A stretch of 37,759 bases of DNA from Microgenomates group bacterium Gr01-1014_5 (GCA_007376395.1 VMGE01000008.1:1-37759), one strand, 5' to 3'; counted from the stretch's first letter, positions 1 to 9,504 are shown. Numbers and translations are program-made. The notes: a model not told the origin generated them from the sequence alone.

Positions 1-1
1 A

Positions 2-316
2 TATACAAGCTCTGCATTGAAGGGGATGCTGAATGAATCTGGGTTTGAGGTAACTAAGATTGTTGAACAAGGTGGATTTGTTGAATTTTGGCTTCAGCTT
101 CTAAATACTTTTTTAGTAAAGAGGATTTACGACATGGTTAAACGTATGGATGTGTTGTCCATAATTCTACTGTTACCCATGGTTCTTTTTTCTGTCCCGG
201 TTATTGTGACAAACAACTTGCTGATAATTGCTTTTGGGTTTATTGTAAAGATTTTTCCGAAATACCCCAACTATTTTCCTTTGCAATACATAGTCGTTGC
301 TAAAACAAAGAACTAA
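2..316 (+). CDS. Class I SAM-dependent methyltransferase, C-terminal part (5' end outside window)
   Basis: The frame is open from base 2 (YTSSALKGMLNESGFEV...). This matches the typical tail after the last MTase motif, ending in a terminal strand YIVVAK. No SAM-binding motif is visible in the window. Confidence 0.55.
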   Translation, partial: YTSSALKGMLNESGFEVTKIVEQGGFVEFWLQLLNTFLVKRIYDMVKRMDVLSIILLLPMVLFSVPVIVTNNLLIIAFGFIVKIFPKYPNYFPLQYIVVAKTKN

Positions 317-1531
317 ATGAAAAAAATACTTGTTATAGCAAGCTCTTTTCCGCGATACAAAGATGATTGGTGGCAAAGAGCTGTGTTAAGTATCTATGAC
401 AACATGGATTTAAAAAAGTACCATGTAACGGTTGTTGCTCCAAGTGCCCCGGGAGCAAAGTCTTCCGAGAAGATTAACGGAATTTATATTGAAAGATTTA
501 CTTATTTCTACCCCAAATCTCTTCAGTTACTAACTTCTGGTGAAGGTGTCCTTTATTCGAGCAAGAAAAATAAGTATTTAGGCAAGATACAGGTTATAAC
601 TTTCGTCATAGCCGAGTTTGTAAAAACTATATCACTTCTGGCATCGCGGGATTTTGATGTTATTCATGCTAATTGGATTCTGCCTCAAGGATTGGTTGCA
701 ATAATTGCCAAATTTATCTTTAGAAAGCCAGTTGTGATAACTGTACACGGCACAGACGTTTTTGCACTTAAGAAACTGAATATCGTTAAAAAATTTATTC
801 TTAGGTTTTGTGATGTTTGTACTGCCAACAGTTCTGCAACTCTTGAAGCAGTAAACGAGATATATTCAAGCCCAAAAAATAAAATTGTCTATATGGGAGT
901 AGATCTGAAAACATTCCGCCCAGAGAATATTGACAACAAATGGCGGCAAGCGTTTGGCGAAGATGCGAAACTCATTCTTAGTGTGGGCAGATTAATAAAA
1001 TGGAAAGGATTTGAATACTTAGTAAGAGCTTTTCCAAAGGTGCTTGAGGAAGTTCCTTCGGCAAAGCTGTTGTTGATAGGAAAAGGTCCAGAAGAAGATA
1101 ATTTGAAGAAAATTGCACAAAAACTAGGGCTCGAGTTAGATAAAAACATATTTTTTCTGGGAACGTTCGGTCCAGATAAGCTGCCGAATATTTATGCATC
1201 TGTCGATATCGTTGTTTCTCCTTCAGTTACGATTGCAAAGACCGGTGAAAAAGAAGGCATGGGAAATGTGGTCTTAGAGGCAAGGGCGTCGGGTGTGCCG
1301 GTAATTGCTAGTCGTTCGGGAGGTCTTAAAGACACTGTCGACGGAAAGACAAACGGCCTTCAATTTGAGGAGAGGGATTACCAACAACTTGCAAAACATA
1401 TAAAATATTTACTTTTAGACAAGAAGGCGCACGACGGATTTGCAAGAAATGGTTATAAGTACGTAAAAGAAAACTTCGCCTGGAAAGTCGCAAGCACGAG
1501 ATTTTGTGAACTGTATGAAACTCTCGTCTAA
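317..1531 (+). CDS. Glycosyltransferase family 4 (GT-B)
   Basis: Motifs SSFPR, HGTDV, SVGRLIKWKG and EGMGNVVLEARASGVPVIASRSGG (EX7E). Confidence 0.93.
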   Translation: MKKILVIASSFPRYKDDWWQRAVLSIYDNMDLKKYHVTVVAPSAPGAKSSEKINGIYIERFTYFYPKSLQLLTSGEGVLYSSKKNKYLGKIQVITFVIAEFVKTISLLASRDFDVIHANWILPQGLVAIIAKFIFRKPVVITVHGTDVFALKKLNIVKKFILRFCDVCTANSSATLEAVNEIYSSPKNKIVYMGVDLKTFRPENIDNKWRQAFGEDAKLILSVGRLIKWKGFEYLVRAFPKVLEEVPSAKLLLIGKGPEEDNLKKIAQKLGLELDKNIFFLGTFGPDKLPNIYASVDIVVSPSVTIAKTGEKEGMGNVVLEARASGVPVIASRSGGLKDTVDGKTNGLQFEERDYQQLAKHIKYLLLDKKAHDGFARNGYKYVKENFAWKVASTRFCELYETLV

Positions 1532-1830
1532 TTTAAAAGGATTACTTCTGACTCTTTTTATCCCTTTTTATTATTTATTCGAGTTGGAACCTTGGGGCTA
1601 TTATTTGGTTGAGGTCGTTTTGTATTTTGTAGTTGCCTTGGTGATATATTTTTTTGCGAAAACTTTAACAGACAGTAGAAAGGTCGCATTAGGGTCGGCG
1701 CTTATTTTTGCTTCGGGTTAGTAGGTTCTGGATCTATGTACAGTTAGCTGCCGGCTGGCAAAATTTACTAGCTGCTGTTTTTATTTCATTGTCAGCAACT
1801 TTCTATTTTAAATATGTCAAACTGCATTGA
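1515..1830 (+). pseudogene. Remnant of a GT-C-like multi-pass membrane protein (family of 24949 and 31064)
   Basis: FFAKTLTDSRKVALGSALIFASG aligns by eye to LAKKLVNNTLLALVGAVFFAV (24949) and VARLLNNKVLGLVAGLLYA (31064). TAG TAG follows at 1719-1724. A hydrophobic helix (QLAAGWQNLLAAVFISLSATFYFKY) continues in another frame to TGA at 1828-1830. Confidence 0.7.
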
Positions 1831-1884
1831 AGGGGAATAGCCTAATGTTATATCATATCAAGGTGGCGGTATGTAAACAATGTA

Positions 1885-4029
1885 ATGTTTAGAATTAAAG
1901 TTTTGACAATAGGCCTTGCCTCACTTTTTTTTATCCTGGGTCTTGCCACGCTATCTGATTATGGCGTGAACTGGGACGCGATGAGCCACCTACAAAGAGG
2001 ACAGGCATATTTGCATTATTATTTAACTGGAAGAAACGATTACTCAGACCTCAGAGAGTGGAATTTATACAGAGAAAAAGTAGAGGAAGTTAAAACAAGG
2101 ACAGCTGGAGATGTCTTGCCAAGAAATAGGCTGTATCTGCAAGACACAGGAACGATTTTTTTCTCCCCAGACATACCAAAAAGTGAAGTTCCAAGGATTA
2201 GTCTATATCAAAACACTGGAGCAGACCTTAATTATATCATGACACATTATGACTATGGACACCCTCACGTAAGCGATGTTTTATCCTCAGTTTTTAACTT
2301 TGTACTTTTCCAAAAGCTTGGTCTTATTAATGACGTTGATTCTTACAGGGTATACGGAATTTTGCTTGCCGCGAGCCTTGTTGGCTTAGTGTTTTGGTGG
2401 ACTGCTTCGTCTTACGGTAAATTTGCTGGAGTTGTTGCGGCACTCGCGCTTTCTGCCTATCCTTTGTTTTGGGCTGAGTCTCATTTTAATACTGAAAAAG
2501 ATATACCAGAGACTGTTTATTGGAGCTTTATGCTTTTTGCCGTATGGCGCGGTATCACCGGCAAAAGTTGGAAATGGGTATTGGCTTCTGGAGTTTTCTT
2601 TGGCTTAGCTATCGGCACTAAGTTTAATGTGCTTTTTTCCCTATTTGTTATTGTTCCATGGCTTGTTGTTTACCTACTGCCCAAATGGAACCCAAGTGAG
2701 TTTTTTAAAAAGCAACGAAAGCTATTTTTATCGTTGATAATCGCTCCTCTTTTAGGTTTATCTCTCTATATTGGAACATGGCCGTACTTTTGGGAAAATA
2801 CAACAGGTAAGGTCAAGCAAGTTATAAGTTTTTATAAAACCATTGGCACGGCAAACAACGTTGACCCGAGCTTCCTTGGGCCCTTGGGGATTAATACTTA
2901 TGCTTTCCAATGGATTTTATATACTACCCCGCTTGTTATTTTGTTTTTTGCAGTTTTAGGAGTGGTTTTTGCGTTATTTCGAATTAAAAAAGAGAAAGAT
3001 AAGCAATCACTCCTTTTTTTGCTCTGGCTAATTGTTCCTGTTGTTCGTGTATCTTGGCCGGGAGCAAATATCTATGGGGGAGTAAGGCAGATTATGGAAT
3101 TTATCCCGGCGATGGCTATTTTGGCTGGAATTGGAGCATCGCAAACGGTTGTATGGGTACATGGTTACATAGTAGAGTTCAAACAATTTAACAAATTAAC
3201 AAGTAAACCGCTGCGGGTTTTGGCTCTTCTTCTTTTTCTTCCTCTGGTCTTTAAACTTATAGAAATTCATCCCAATGAAAATACTTACTTCAATCCGTTA
3301 ATAGGTGGATTGAAAGGAGCGGCGGAGCGGGGTTTCCCTGCTTGGGGTGTTTCTTTTGGAGCCCCATACAGAGAAGCTATTGAATGGGTAAACAAAAATA
3401 CAGAGCTGGGAGCAAAATTAACCCTGGGATCAGAAATCTTGGGCAACATCCCTGGGGTATTTATAAGACCAGACATTGACTACAAAAGTAATAGAAGTGG
3501 TTATTTAAGACAGGGGGAGTATGTTATATCTCTGAGGTTTGATGGGACCGAAAACCGCTCATATTTTGATATGTACCTCGATAGAATGCTAGAGCCGGTT
3601 CATGAAATTACAGTTGATGGTGTGCCAATTTTAAAGATTTGGAAAAACGACGAGCAACACTTAAAAGCAGAGTGGAAAAACGAGGGTGTAGTGGAAGGAT
3701 TAAAATACACTAGTGAAAAAAGCGGTTTACTTTTTGACATAGAAAGGGTGGAGAAGTTATCACGCTTAGAGCTTGCATACGACGAGAGTAACTGTCCTGA
3801 AATAGAATATGCTTATCTCGAGGTCTCAAAAGACGGAGAGAGTTGGGAAAGAATACCGGGAGTATTACCGGAAGAGACAAGAATAAGAGTGGTTGCGAAG
3901 CAACCGTCTGCAGGAAAGTTTGTTGAACCGTTTGTAGGCCAAGAAGCAAGGTATATACACTTAGTTTTATCACCTACTAATACATGTTTGGCACAGGTGA
4001 AAAGTAGTGTGTTATATTACTTCAAGTAA
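1885..4029 (+). CDS. ArnT/PMT-like GT-C membrane glycosyltransferase with C-terminal discoidin (F5/8C)-like domain
   Basis: N-terminal DYGVNWD acidic loop, many TM helices, EKD and GTKFN motifs, and HPNENTYFN. The soluble tail has LEVSKDGESW...ARYIHL, typical of discoidin folds. Confidence 0.8.
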   Translation: MFRIKVLTIGLASLFFILGLATLSDYGVNWDAMSHLQRGQAYLHYYLTGRNDYSDLREWNLYREKVEEVKTRTAGDVLPRNRLYLQDTGTIFFSPDIPKSEVPRISLYQNTGADLNYIMTHYDYGHPHVSDVLSSVFNFVLFQKLGLINDVDSYRVYGILLAASLVGLVFWWTASSYGKFAGVVAALALSAYPLFWAESHFNTEKDIPETVYWSFMLFAVWRGITGKSWKWVLASGVFFGLAIGTKFNVLFSLFVIVPWLVVYLLPKWNPSEFFKKQRKLFLSLIIAPLLGLSLYIGTWPYFWENTTGKVKQVISFYKTIGTANNVDPSFLGPLGINTYAFQWILYTTPLVILFFAVLGVVFALFRIKKEKDKQSLLFLLWLIVPVVRVSWPGANIYGGVRQIMEFIPAMAILAGIGASQTVVWVHGYIVEFKQFNKLTSKPLRVLALLLFLPLVFKLIEIHPNENTYFNPLIGGLKGAAERGFPAWGVSFGAPYREAIEWVNKNTELGAKLTLGSEILGNIPGVFIRPDIDYKSNRSGYLRQGEYVISLRFDGTENRSYFDMYLDRMLEPVHEITVDGVPILKIWKNDEQHLKAEWKNEGVVEGLKYTSEKSGLLFDIERVEKLSRLELAYDESNCPEIEYAYLEVSKDGESWERIPGVLPEETRIRVVAKQPSAGKFVEPFVGQEARYIHLVLSPTNTCLAQVKSSVLYYFK

Positions 4030-5144
4030 TGGCAGCCCAAGAAAGGCGAGTTCCACTTGTTAATTTTAATAAGGAGTATCGAGAAGTTGGTGATGAAATT
4101 CGCCAGGCAATTGATAGGGTGTGTGAAAGTGGGTGGTATGTTTTAGGCGAGGAGGTAAAAAGTTTTGAGCGAGAATTTGCAGAATATATTGGAGTTGACC
4201 ACGCGATCGGAGTTGCTTCTGGAACGGACGCGATTACTTTGGCATTGAAAGCGTTGGGGATAAAGGAAGGAGATGGGGTAGTCGTTCCTGCTAACGTTTA
4301 CCCTTCGGCTTTTGGAGTAGCCTTAGCTGGCGCCACACTTCAATTGGCAGATGTTGATCCCAGAACACTTAATATTAATCTGGAAACTTTAAAAGAAGCG
4401 GTCAATCAAAACACCCGTGCAGTATTAGCTGTTCATCTTTACGGTAATCCCGTAGATCTCGAGGGAATTGCCAACTTTTGTAAAGAAAATCATATCGCTC
4501 TTGTTGAAGATTGTGCGCAGGTAACAGGAGCTTTCTACCAAGGAAGAAGAGTGGGCAGTTTTGGAGACGCTGCTTGTTTTAGCTTTTATCCGACGAAAAA
4601 TTTGGGAGCATATGGCGATGGTGGTATGGTGGCAACAAACAGTGGAGATGTTGCTCGTAAAGTAAAACTTTGGAGAATGTATGGCGAAGAGGCACGGTAT
4701 CAAAGCAAACTCATTGGTCACAACAGTAGACTTGACGAAATGCAAGCTGCAATTTTAAGAGCTAAGCTAAAATATGTTGATAAATGGAATCAAAGAAGAC
4801 GTGAGATTGCCCAGAAATATAAACAAGGATTTTCAGGATTGCCCCTAGAGGTTTTATCAAGCAGTGAGACTAGTCAGCCTGTTTATCACTTGTTTGTAGT
4901 TAAAACAAAAGACAGAGACGGGTTTTCAGACTATTTGAAAAGGCAAGGTGTTGCGACAGGTATACATTATCCCCAGCCAATACACTTAACAGAGTCGTTT
5001 CTTGGTTTAGGGAAAAAAACGGGGGATTTTCCAGTTTCAGAAGAAGCAAGCGCGACAGTGCTTTCACTACCTCTTTATCCGCAAATGAGCGAAGCTGATG
5101 TTGGGTATGTAATCAAAACTGTAAAGCACTACTTCACTTTTTAA
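4029..5144 (+). CDS. DegT/DnrJ/EryC1/StrS PLP-dependent sugar aminotransferase
   Basis: Motifs SGTDAITLAL, VEDCAQ, SFYPTKNLGAYGDGG, NSRLDEMQAA and VYHLFV. Confidence 0.95.
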   Translation: MAAQERRVPLVNFNKEYREVGDEIRQAIDRVCESGWYVLGEEVKSFEREFAEYIGVDHAIGVASGTDAITLALKALGIKEGDGVVVPANVYPSAFGVALAGATLQLADVDPRTLNINLETLKEAVNQNTRAVLAVHLYGNPVDLEGIANFCKENHIALVEDCAQVTGAFYQGRRVGSFGDAACFSFYPTKNLGAYGDGGMVATNSGDVARKVKLWRMYGEEARYQSKLIGHNSRLDEMQAAILRAKLKYVDKWNQRRREIAQKYKQGFSGLPLEVLSSSETSQPVYHLFVVKTKDRDGFSDYLKRQGVATGIHYPQPIHLTESFLGLGKKTGDFPVSEEASATVLSLPLYPQMSEADVGYVIKTVKHYFTF

Positions 5145-5193
5145 CTAACAAAGCAACTTGTGCGTTTGAGCCATTTTGTGATATACAAAGTTT

Positions 5194-5889
5194 GTGCAAA
5201 AAATTGACGAGTCTTTCTACAACAACACTGATTATTTTCCGAAACTAAGAAAACAGTTAGACAATCTGGAACACCCGCTGCAAAAATTGCGTATCGGGAA
5301 AGTATTGGGACTTTATAAGCCCATGAAAAGCGATAGAGTTTTGGATTTAGGATGCGGGTGGGGAACTTTTAGTTTCGTTCTTGCTCCTATATGCAAAAGT
5401 GTAACGGGTCTTGATTTTAGTAAAAAAAGTATTGATCTTTGTAAGCAAAAACTTTGCAAATTTAAATTAAAGAACGTTAGATTCATCTGTGCCGATGCAC
5501 AAAAAACCGGGTTGCCCGCAAAGTCGTTTGATCTGATTATTAGCGCGGACCTTTTTGAGCATTTATACCCCGCACAAAGTGTGAAAGTTATTGCCGAAAG
5601 TCATCGTTTGCTCGCCAGAGGAGGAAAAATCGTAATATGGACTCCACACAGAGGACATTTTTTAGAACACCTTAAAAACAATAATATCATTTTAGAAAAA
5701 GACGTGAGCCACGTGGATTATAAATCGATGAGTGTATTGGTAAAAACACTTAAAATGAAAGGATTTCGAGTTCTTAAAGCAAATTATTTCGAATCTCATT
5801 TACCAGTATTGCGAATTGTTGAGCGCTTACTTCTCCCGTTTATTCCTCTTTTCCGAAGACGTATTGGGGTACTTGCGCAAAAAATCTAA
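5194..5889 (+). CDS. Class I SAM-dependent methyltransferase
   Basis: Motifs VLDLGCGWG, GLDFS and FDLIISADLFEHL; GTG start. Confidence 0.9.
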   Translation: MQKIDESFYNNTDYFPKLRKQLDNLEHPLQKLRIGKVLGLYKPMKSDRVLDLGCGWGTFSFVLAPICKSVTGLDFSKKSIDLCKQKLCKFKLKNVRFICADAQKTGLPAKSFDLIISADLFEHLYPAQSVKVIAESHRLLARGGKIVIWTPHRGHFLEHLKNNNIILEKDVSHVDYKSMSVLVKTLKMKGFRVLKANYFESHLPVLRIVERLLLPFIPLFRRRIGVLAQKI

Positions 5890-5902
5890 AGGTCAGGGTA
5901 TA

Positions 5903-6844
5903 TCAGTTTTTGAAGCCAATAAGTTTGTCGATAGCGGTTTTGTAGTCTTGTTTTTGCCTTGAATAAAGCATCATTTCTGCCAGTAGTCCTGTAGAAATAA
6001 GTTGAATACCGATAACCATGAGTAATATTCCTAAGAAGAGCAACGGACTACGACCTTGAATGTTTCCAGAAGAAAGTTTTAGAGAGGTAATATAGAGGCC
6101 AATTATAAATCCAATAAAGAAAGAAGTGAGCCCTAAAGTTCCAAAAAAATGCCCAGGTCTTCTGTTGTATCCTGTCAAAAAAACAATGGTAATAAGATCT
6201 AAGAAGCCTTTAATATTTCTTTCCCAGCCAAATTTTGACTTGCCATATTGTCTTGCGTGATGATCTACAGGAATTTCTGTTACTCTATAGCGAAGCTTAG
6301 CTGCAAAAACTGGAATAAAACGGTAAAGTTCTCCGTATAAATTTAAACTTTTTACAACCTCTTTCTTATATGCCTTAAACCCACAATTAATATCGTGCAG
6401 TTTTACGCCAGTAAGTTGAGGAATCAAAAAGTTATTTAGTATTCTTGAGGGAATTACTTTTACCGAAGGGTCAAACCGCTTTTTCTTCCAGCCAGAAACC
6501 AAGTCATATCCCTCATCAAGCTTTGCTAAAAAGTTAGGAATCTCTGCTGGGTCATCTTGTAGGTCAGCGTCCATTGTAAAGACTACCTCACCTGTTGCAA
6601 GAGCAAATCCAGTTTGGAGTGCAGCCGACTTTCCCCAGTTGCCCCTGAATTTAATCACCTTAACGTTTTTATCTTTTTCTGCGATTTTTGCCAATATCTC
6701 AAAAGTTCTATCTGTTGAGCCATCGTCAATGAAAATGATCTCAAACTGCTGTGTGATTTTTCCTGCTTCTTTGGATATTCCCCTGTAGAGAGGTTCCACG
6801 GAGTCTTGCTCGTCGCGGGCTGGAATAACAAATGATAGCTTCAT
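5903..6844 (-). CDS. GT2 polyprenol-phosphate glycosyltransferase (ArnC/GtrB/DPM1-like) with two C-terminal TM helices
   Basis: Motifs FIDDGSTD, NWGKSAAL, MDADLQDDP and DINCGFKAY. The start is ATG 6844 or 6850. Confidence 0.92.
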   Translation of the reverse strand: MKLSFVIPARDEQDSVEPLYRGISKEAGKITQQFEIIFIDDGSTDRTFEILAKIAEKDKNVKVIKFRGNWGKSAALQTGFALATGEVVFTMDADLQDDPAEIPNFLAKLDEGYDLVSGWKKKRFDPSVKVIPSRILNNFLIPQLTGVKLHDINCGFKAYKKEVVKSLNLYGELYRFIPVFAAKLRYRVTEIPVDHHARQYGKSKFGWERNIKGFLDLITIVFLTGYNRRPGHFFGTLGLTSFFIGFIIGLYITSLKLSSGNIQGRSPLLFLGILLMVIGIQLISTGLLAEMMLYSRQKQDYKTAIDKLIGFKN

Positions 6845-6852
6845 TTTCATAA

Positions 6853-6859
6853 TATGATA
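6853..6859. promoter_or_regulatory. Symmetric two-way -10 element TATGATA
   Basis: Reads TATGAT on +. On - it reads TGG-TATCAT (extended -10). Confidence 0.6.
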
Positions 6860-6886
6860 CCATAAATCGTTGTCAGGGAGAAAAAA

Positions 6887-8023
6887 ATGAACAAGCCAGT
6901 CTTTTTAAGGATAATTTTTTATTTTATCTCCTCACGCCTTATTTTTTTATTGCTAGCCATTATTGCTTCTTATCTTATTCCTTTACGAGAAGGTTACCTA
7001 GGTAGTCAGTTTGATGCAAAAGTTCCCTACCTTGCTTGGGTGTGGGCGAATTTTGACGGGAGGCATTTTTTAAGTATTGCCACAGAAGGATACCAAAGGA
7101 CAAATTTTGCTTACTTTCCTCTTTACCCTTTATTAATTTCGCTTACAGGTTTTGTTTTGCCTATTTCACACCTTTTATTAGGAATATTTATCTCAATTGT
7201 GTTTTATTTTTCGTCAATGTTGGTAATTTTTAAGATTATACGCTTAGATTACGAACAAAAAGTCGCCAACTTGTCTCTGTTGCTTTTGTCCTTTTCCCCA
7301 CTCTCTTTTTTCTATCACTCGGTTTACACAGATTCTATATTTTTACTCTTAACAGTTTCTAGTTTCTATTTTGCCCGAAAAGGGAAATGGTGGTTGTCTG
7401 GGTTGCTCTGTGGATTAGCCATGGCAACACGCCTCTCAGGCATTGCTCTTCTTCCAGCCCTTTTGATTGAGTGGTATTTACAAAATAAGAATCTTGGTGG
7501 GACAAAACTCAAACTTAGGTTTTTGCAAACTGGCTTGCCGGTATTAGTTCTGGGTTGTCTGGGAATTATTTCTTATCTTCTTTACTTACAGGTTTACTTT
7601 GGAGATCTTTTGCTTTTTCAAAAGTCAATGATAGCTTGGAAACAAAACGAGTTTGTTTTTCCTCTCCAGGTTGTTTGGCGCTACGTTAAGATATTCTTTT
7701 CAGTGAGTCCGAGCTTGCTGGTATTTTGGATTGCCGCATTTGAATTTGTTACACTCGTTTTTTATTTGGTAACAGCCCTTTATGTTCTTCTTCGCGTAAG
7801 AGCGTCGTACGGCGTGTTTATGCTCTTGCTTCTCTCCCTCGTAACTTTTACGGGTACTTTCGCCGGAACTCCCCGCTATGCGTTACATCTGTTTCCGTTA
7901 TTTTTAGGACTTGCTGTAATACTTTCTCGAAGAAAGACTTTACGGTATTTTACCTATTTCTTATTTTTGGTTTTGGGGCTTGTCTTAACTGCACTTTTTA
8001 CAAGAGGGTACTTTGTTGCTTGA
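6887..8023 (+). CDS. PIG-V-like (GT76) membrane mannosyltransferase, GT-C fold
   Basis: Motifs NFDGRHFLSIATEGY, FAYFPLYP, YTDSIF, ATRLSGI and PRY; multiple TM helices. Confidence 0.82.
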   Translation: MNKPVFLRIIFYFISSRLIFLLLAIIASYLIPLREGYLGSQFDAKVPYLAWVWANFDGRHFLSIATEGYQRTNFAYFPLYPLLISLTGFVLPISHLLLGIFISIVFYFSSMLVIFKIIRLDYEQKVANLSLLLLSFSPLSFFYHSVYTDSIFLLLTVSSFYFARKGKWWLSGLLCGLAMATRLSGIALLPALLIEWYLQNKNLGGTKLKLRFLQTGLPVLVLGCLGIISYLLYLQVYFGDLLLFQKSMIAWKQNEFVFPLQVVWRYVKIFFSVSPSLLVFWIAAFEFVTLVFYLVTALYVLLRVRASYGVFMLLLLSLVTFTGTFAGTPRYALHLFPLFLGLAVILSRRKTLRYFTYFLFLVLGLVLTALFTRGYFVA

Positions 8024-8754
8024 GGCTTTTGGGCAACCACTAACGCTGAGAGCCCAAAGGGAATATTGACAAAGTTTAGTAAAAACGACTCTAATTTATA
8101 AAGAGCAACAATAAGTGTGTTGAGGAAATATGGCGGGCTGGAGACGTCTGACCCGGCGTGTTTTGGACGCATAACAGATTCTATCAAGCGCTTTACAATA
8201 GCAAGTGGTAATAAGAAGCTCGCAAAATAGCTAGCCTTAAGTATTTTTAGTCCTGTTTTAGTTGTTAATTGTTTAAGTTCGTTTGCAGTATACCTGTGTT
8301 TGGTGTGAACCACGATGTCGTGACTTCCCCTGAGCCAGTTGTAAGCAGGTACTTTCAGTATCAATACACCCCTCGGTTTCAAGACTCTCTTGAATTCTGA
8401 AATCGCTTTAAGATCGTTGTTGACCAGTTGATGATAGAGAACGTCTATAGAAACGATCAAATCAAAAGTATTATCTTTGAAAGGTAATTCTGTAACTGAA
8501 GCAAGGCGTGCTTGAACATCTCTTTGTTGGGCATACTTAATAGCTTCAGGGCTAATATCAACGCCTGTAACGCGGCCAATTGTTTGTAGCTTCTTTGCCA
8601 ACATCCCAGTACCGCAACCTGCGTCCAGAATGTTTAAAGACTTTTTGCCTTGAGTATATTTTTTTACGAGATTAAGAATTACGAGGCGGTTACCGACGTA
8701 AAAAAAGTGATGTTCTTCGTTGTCGAAGATGTTTTTGTATTCTGAGAGTTGCAT
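7954..8754 (-). CDS. Class I SAM-dependent methyltransferase (type 11)
   Basis: Motifs ILDAGCGTG, LPFKDNTFD and RVLKPRGVLILKVPAY; HRY tail. Confidence 0.92.
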   Translation of the reverse strand: MQLSEYKNIFDNEEHHFFYVGNRLVILNLVKKYTQGKKSLNILDAGCGTGMLAKKLQTIGRVTGVDISPEAIKYAQQRDVQARLASVTELPFKDNTFDLIVSIDVLYHQLVNNDLKAISEFKRVLKPRGVLILKVPAYNWLRGSHDIVVHTKHRYTANELKQLTTKTGLKILKASYFASFLLPLAIVKRLIESVMRPKHAGSDVSSPPYFLNTLIVALYKLESFLLNFVNIPFGLSALVVAQKPQATKYPLVKSAVKTSPKTKNKK

Positions 8755-8760
8755 GGCAAA

Positions 8761-9474
8761 CTATTTTCCGAAGACGTTTAAATCCAACCAGAGTTTAGCA
8801 ATATCTAAATAAGTAGACGCAATCTTGTCGAGCCTAAAGAACTGTGATTGTCCGTATTTTCTTTCGTAGTGGTGAACCGAAACCTCTCTAAACTTCGCTC
8901 CTGCTCGCTGCGCTTTTTTGACCAATTCAATACAAATTGATCCACTATTTGAATTGAGTTTTATTTTATCAAGAAGACTTTTTCTGATTAGACGAAAATC
9001 GCAGTCGACGTCATAAACAGGCAGCCAGAAAAGCCACCTGTTGAAAAATTTGTGCAAATTGCCAAAAAAGATTCTGTGTTGCGCGTCTTGTCTCTCCATT
9101 TTTATTCCGTTAATGAAATTAACGTCCCTAGTCATTAATGAAACTAACAAAGGAAGTTCATTCACGTCGTATTGACCATCACCATCCGTATAGAAGACAA
9201 GGTCATATTTCGCTGTCTTAAAACCTGATTTTAATGCTCCTCCGTAGCCGCGGTTTTTAGGGTGAAAAATAAGTTTTAACTCCCTGTATTTTTTAGCAGC
9301 CTGAGTAAGTACTTCTCGGCTGTTGTCGCTTGACGCATCGTCAATTACAATAACTTCCCAGTCTGATGCCACTTTTTTGAGGTTGTTTATTGCTTTTTCT
9401 ACCAAGGTGACTATTACCTTCTCATCATTGTAACAAGGAAAAAATACTGAAATACTAGGTTTTCGGCTCTGCAT
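8761..9474 (-). CDS. GT2 DPM1-like polyprenol-phosphate sugar synthase
   Basis: Motifs FFPCYND, IDDASSD, NRGYGGAL, YTDGDGQYD and DVDCDFRLIR. Confidence 0.9.
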   Translation of the reverse strand: MQSRKPSISVFFPCYNDEKVIVTLVEKAINNLKKVASDWEVIVIDDASSDNSREVLTQAAKKYRELKLIFHPKNRGYGGALKSGFKTAKYDLVFYTDGDGQYDVNELPLLVSLMTRDVNFINGIKMERQDAQHRIFFGNLHKFFNRWLFWLPVYDVDCDFRLIRKSLLDKIKLNSNSGSICIELVKKAQRAGAKFREVSVHHYERKYGQSQFFRLDKIASTYLDIAKLWLDLNVFGK

Positions 9475-9497
9475 TTTTGTGTTTTCGCTCTTGCTTG

Positions 9498-9504
9498 TAT
9501 CATA
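9498..9504. promoter_or_regulatory. Symmetric two-way -10 element TATCATA
   Basis: Reads TATCAT on + and TATGAT on -. Confidence 0.5.

Noticed and set aside
1719-1724. Tandem TAG TAG as possible amber readthrough or recoding
   Set aside because: The in-frame continuation is not homolog-like. The plausible helix is in another frame, and TAG ends normal genes elsewhere in the window.
12-1836. Exact 15-bp direct repeat CTGCATTGAAGGGGA at 12-26 and 1822-1836, the second at the end of the pseudogene
   Set aside because: About one 15-mer match is expected by chance among all position pairs in 38 kb. There is no integrase or IS, and the first copy is inside a coding region.
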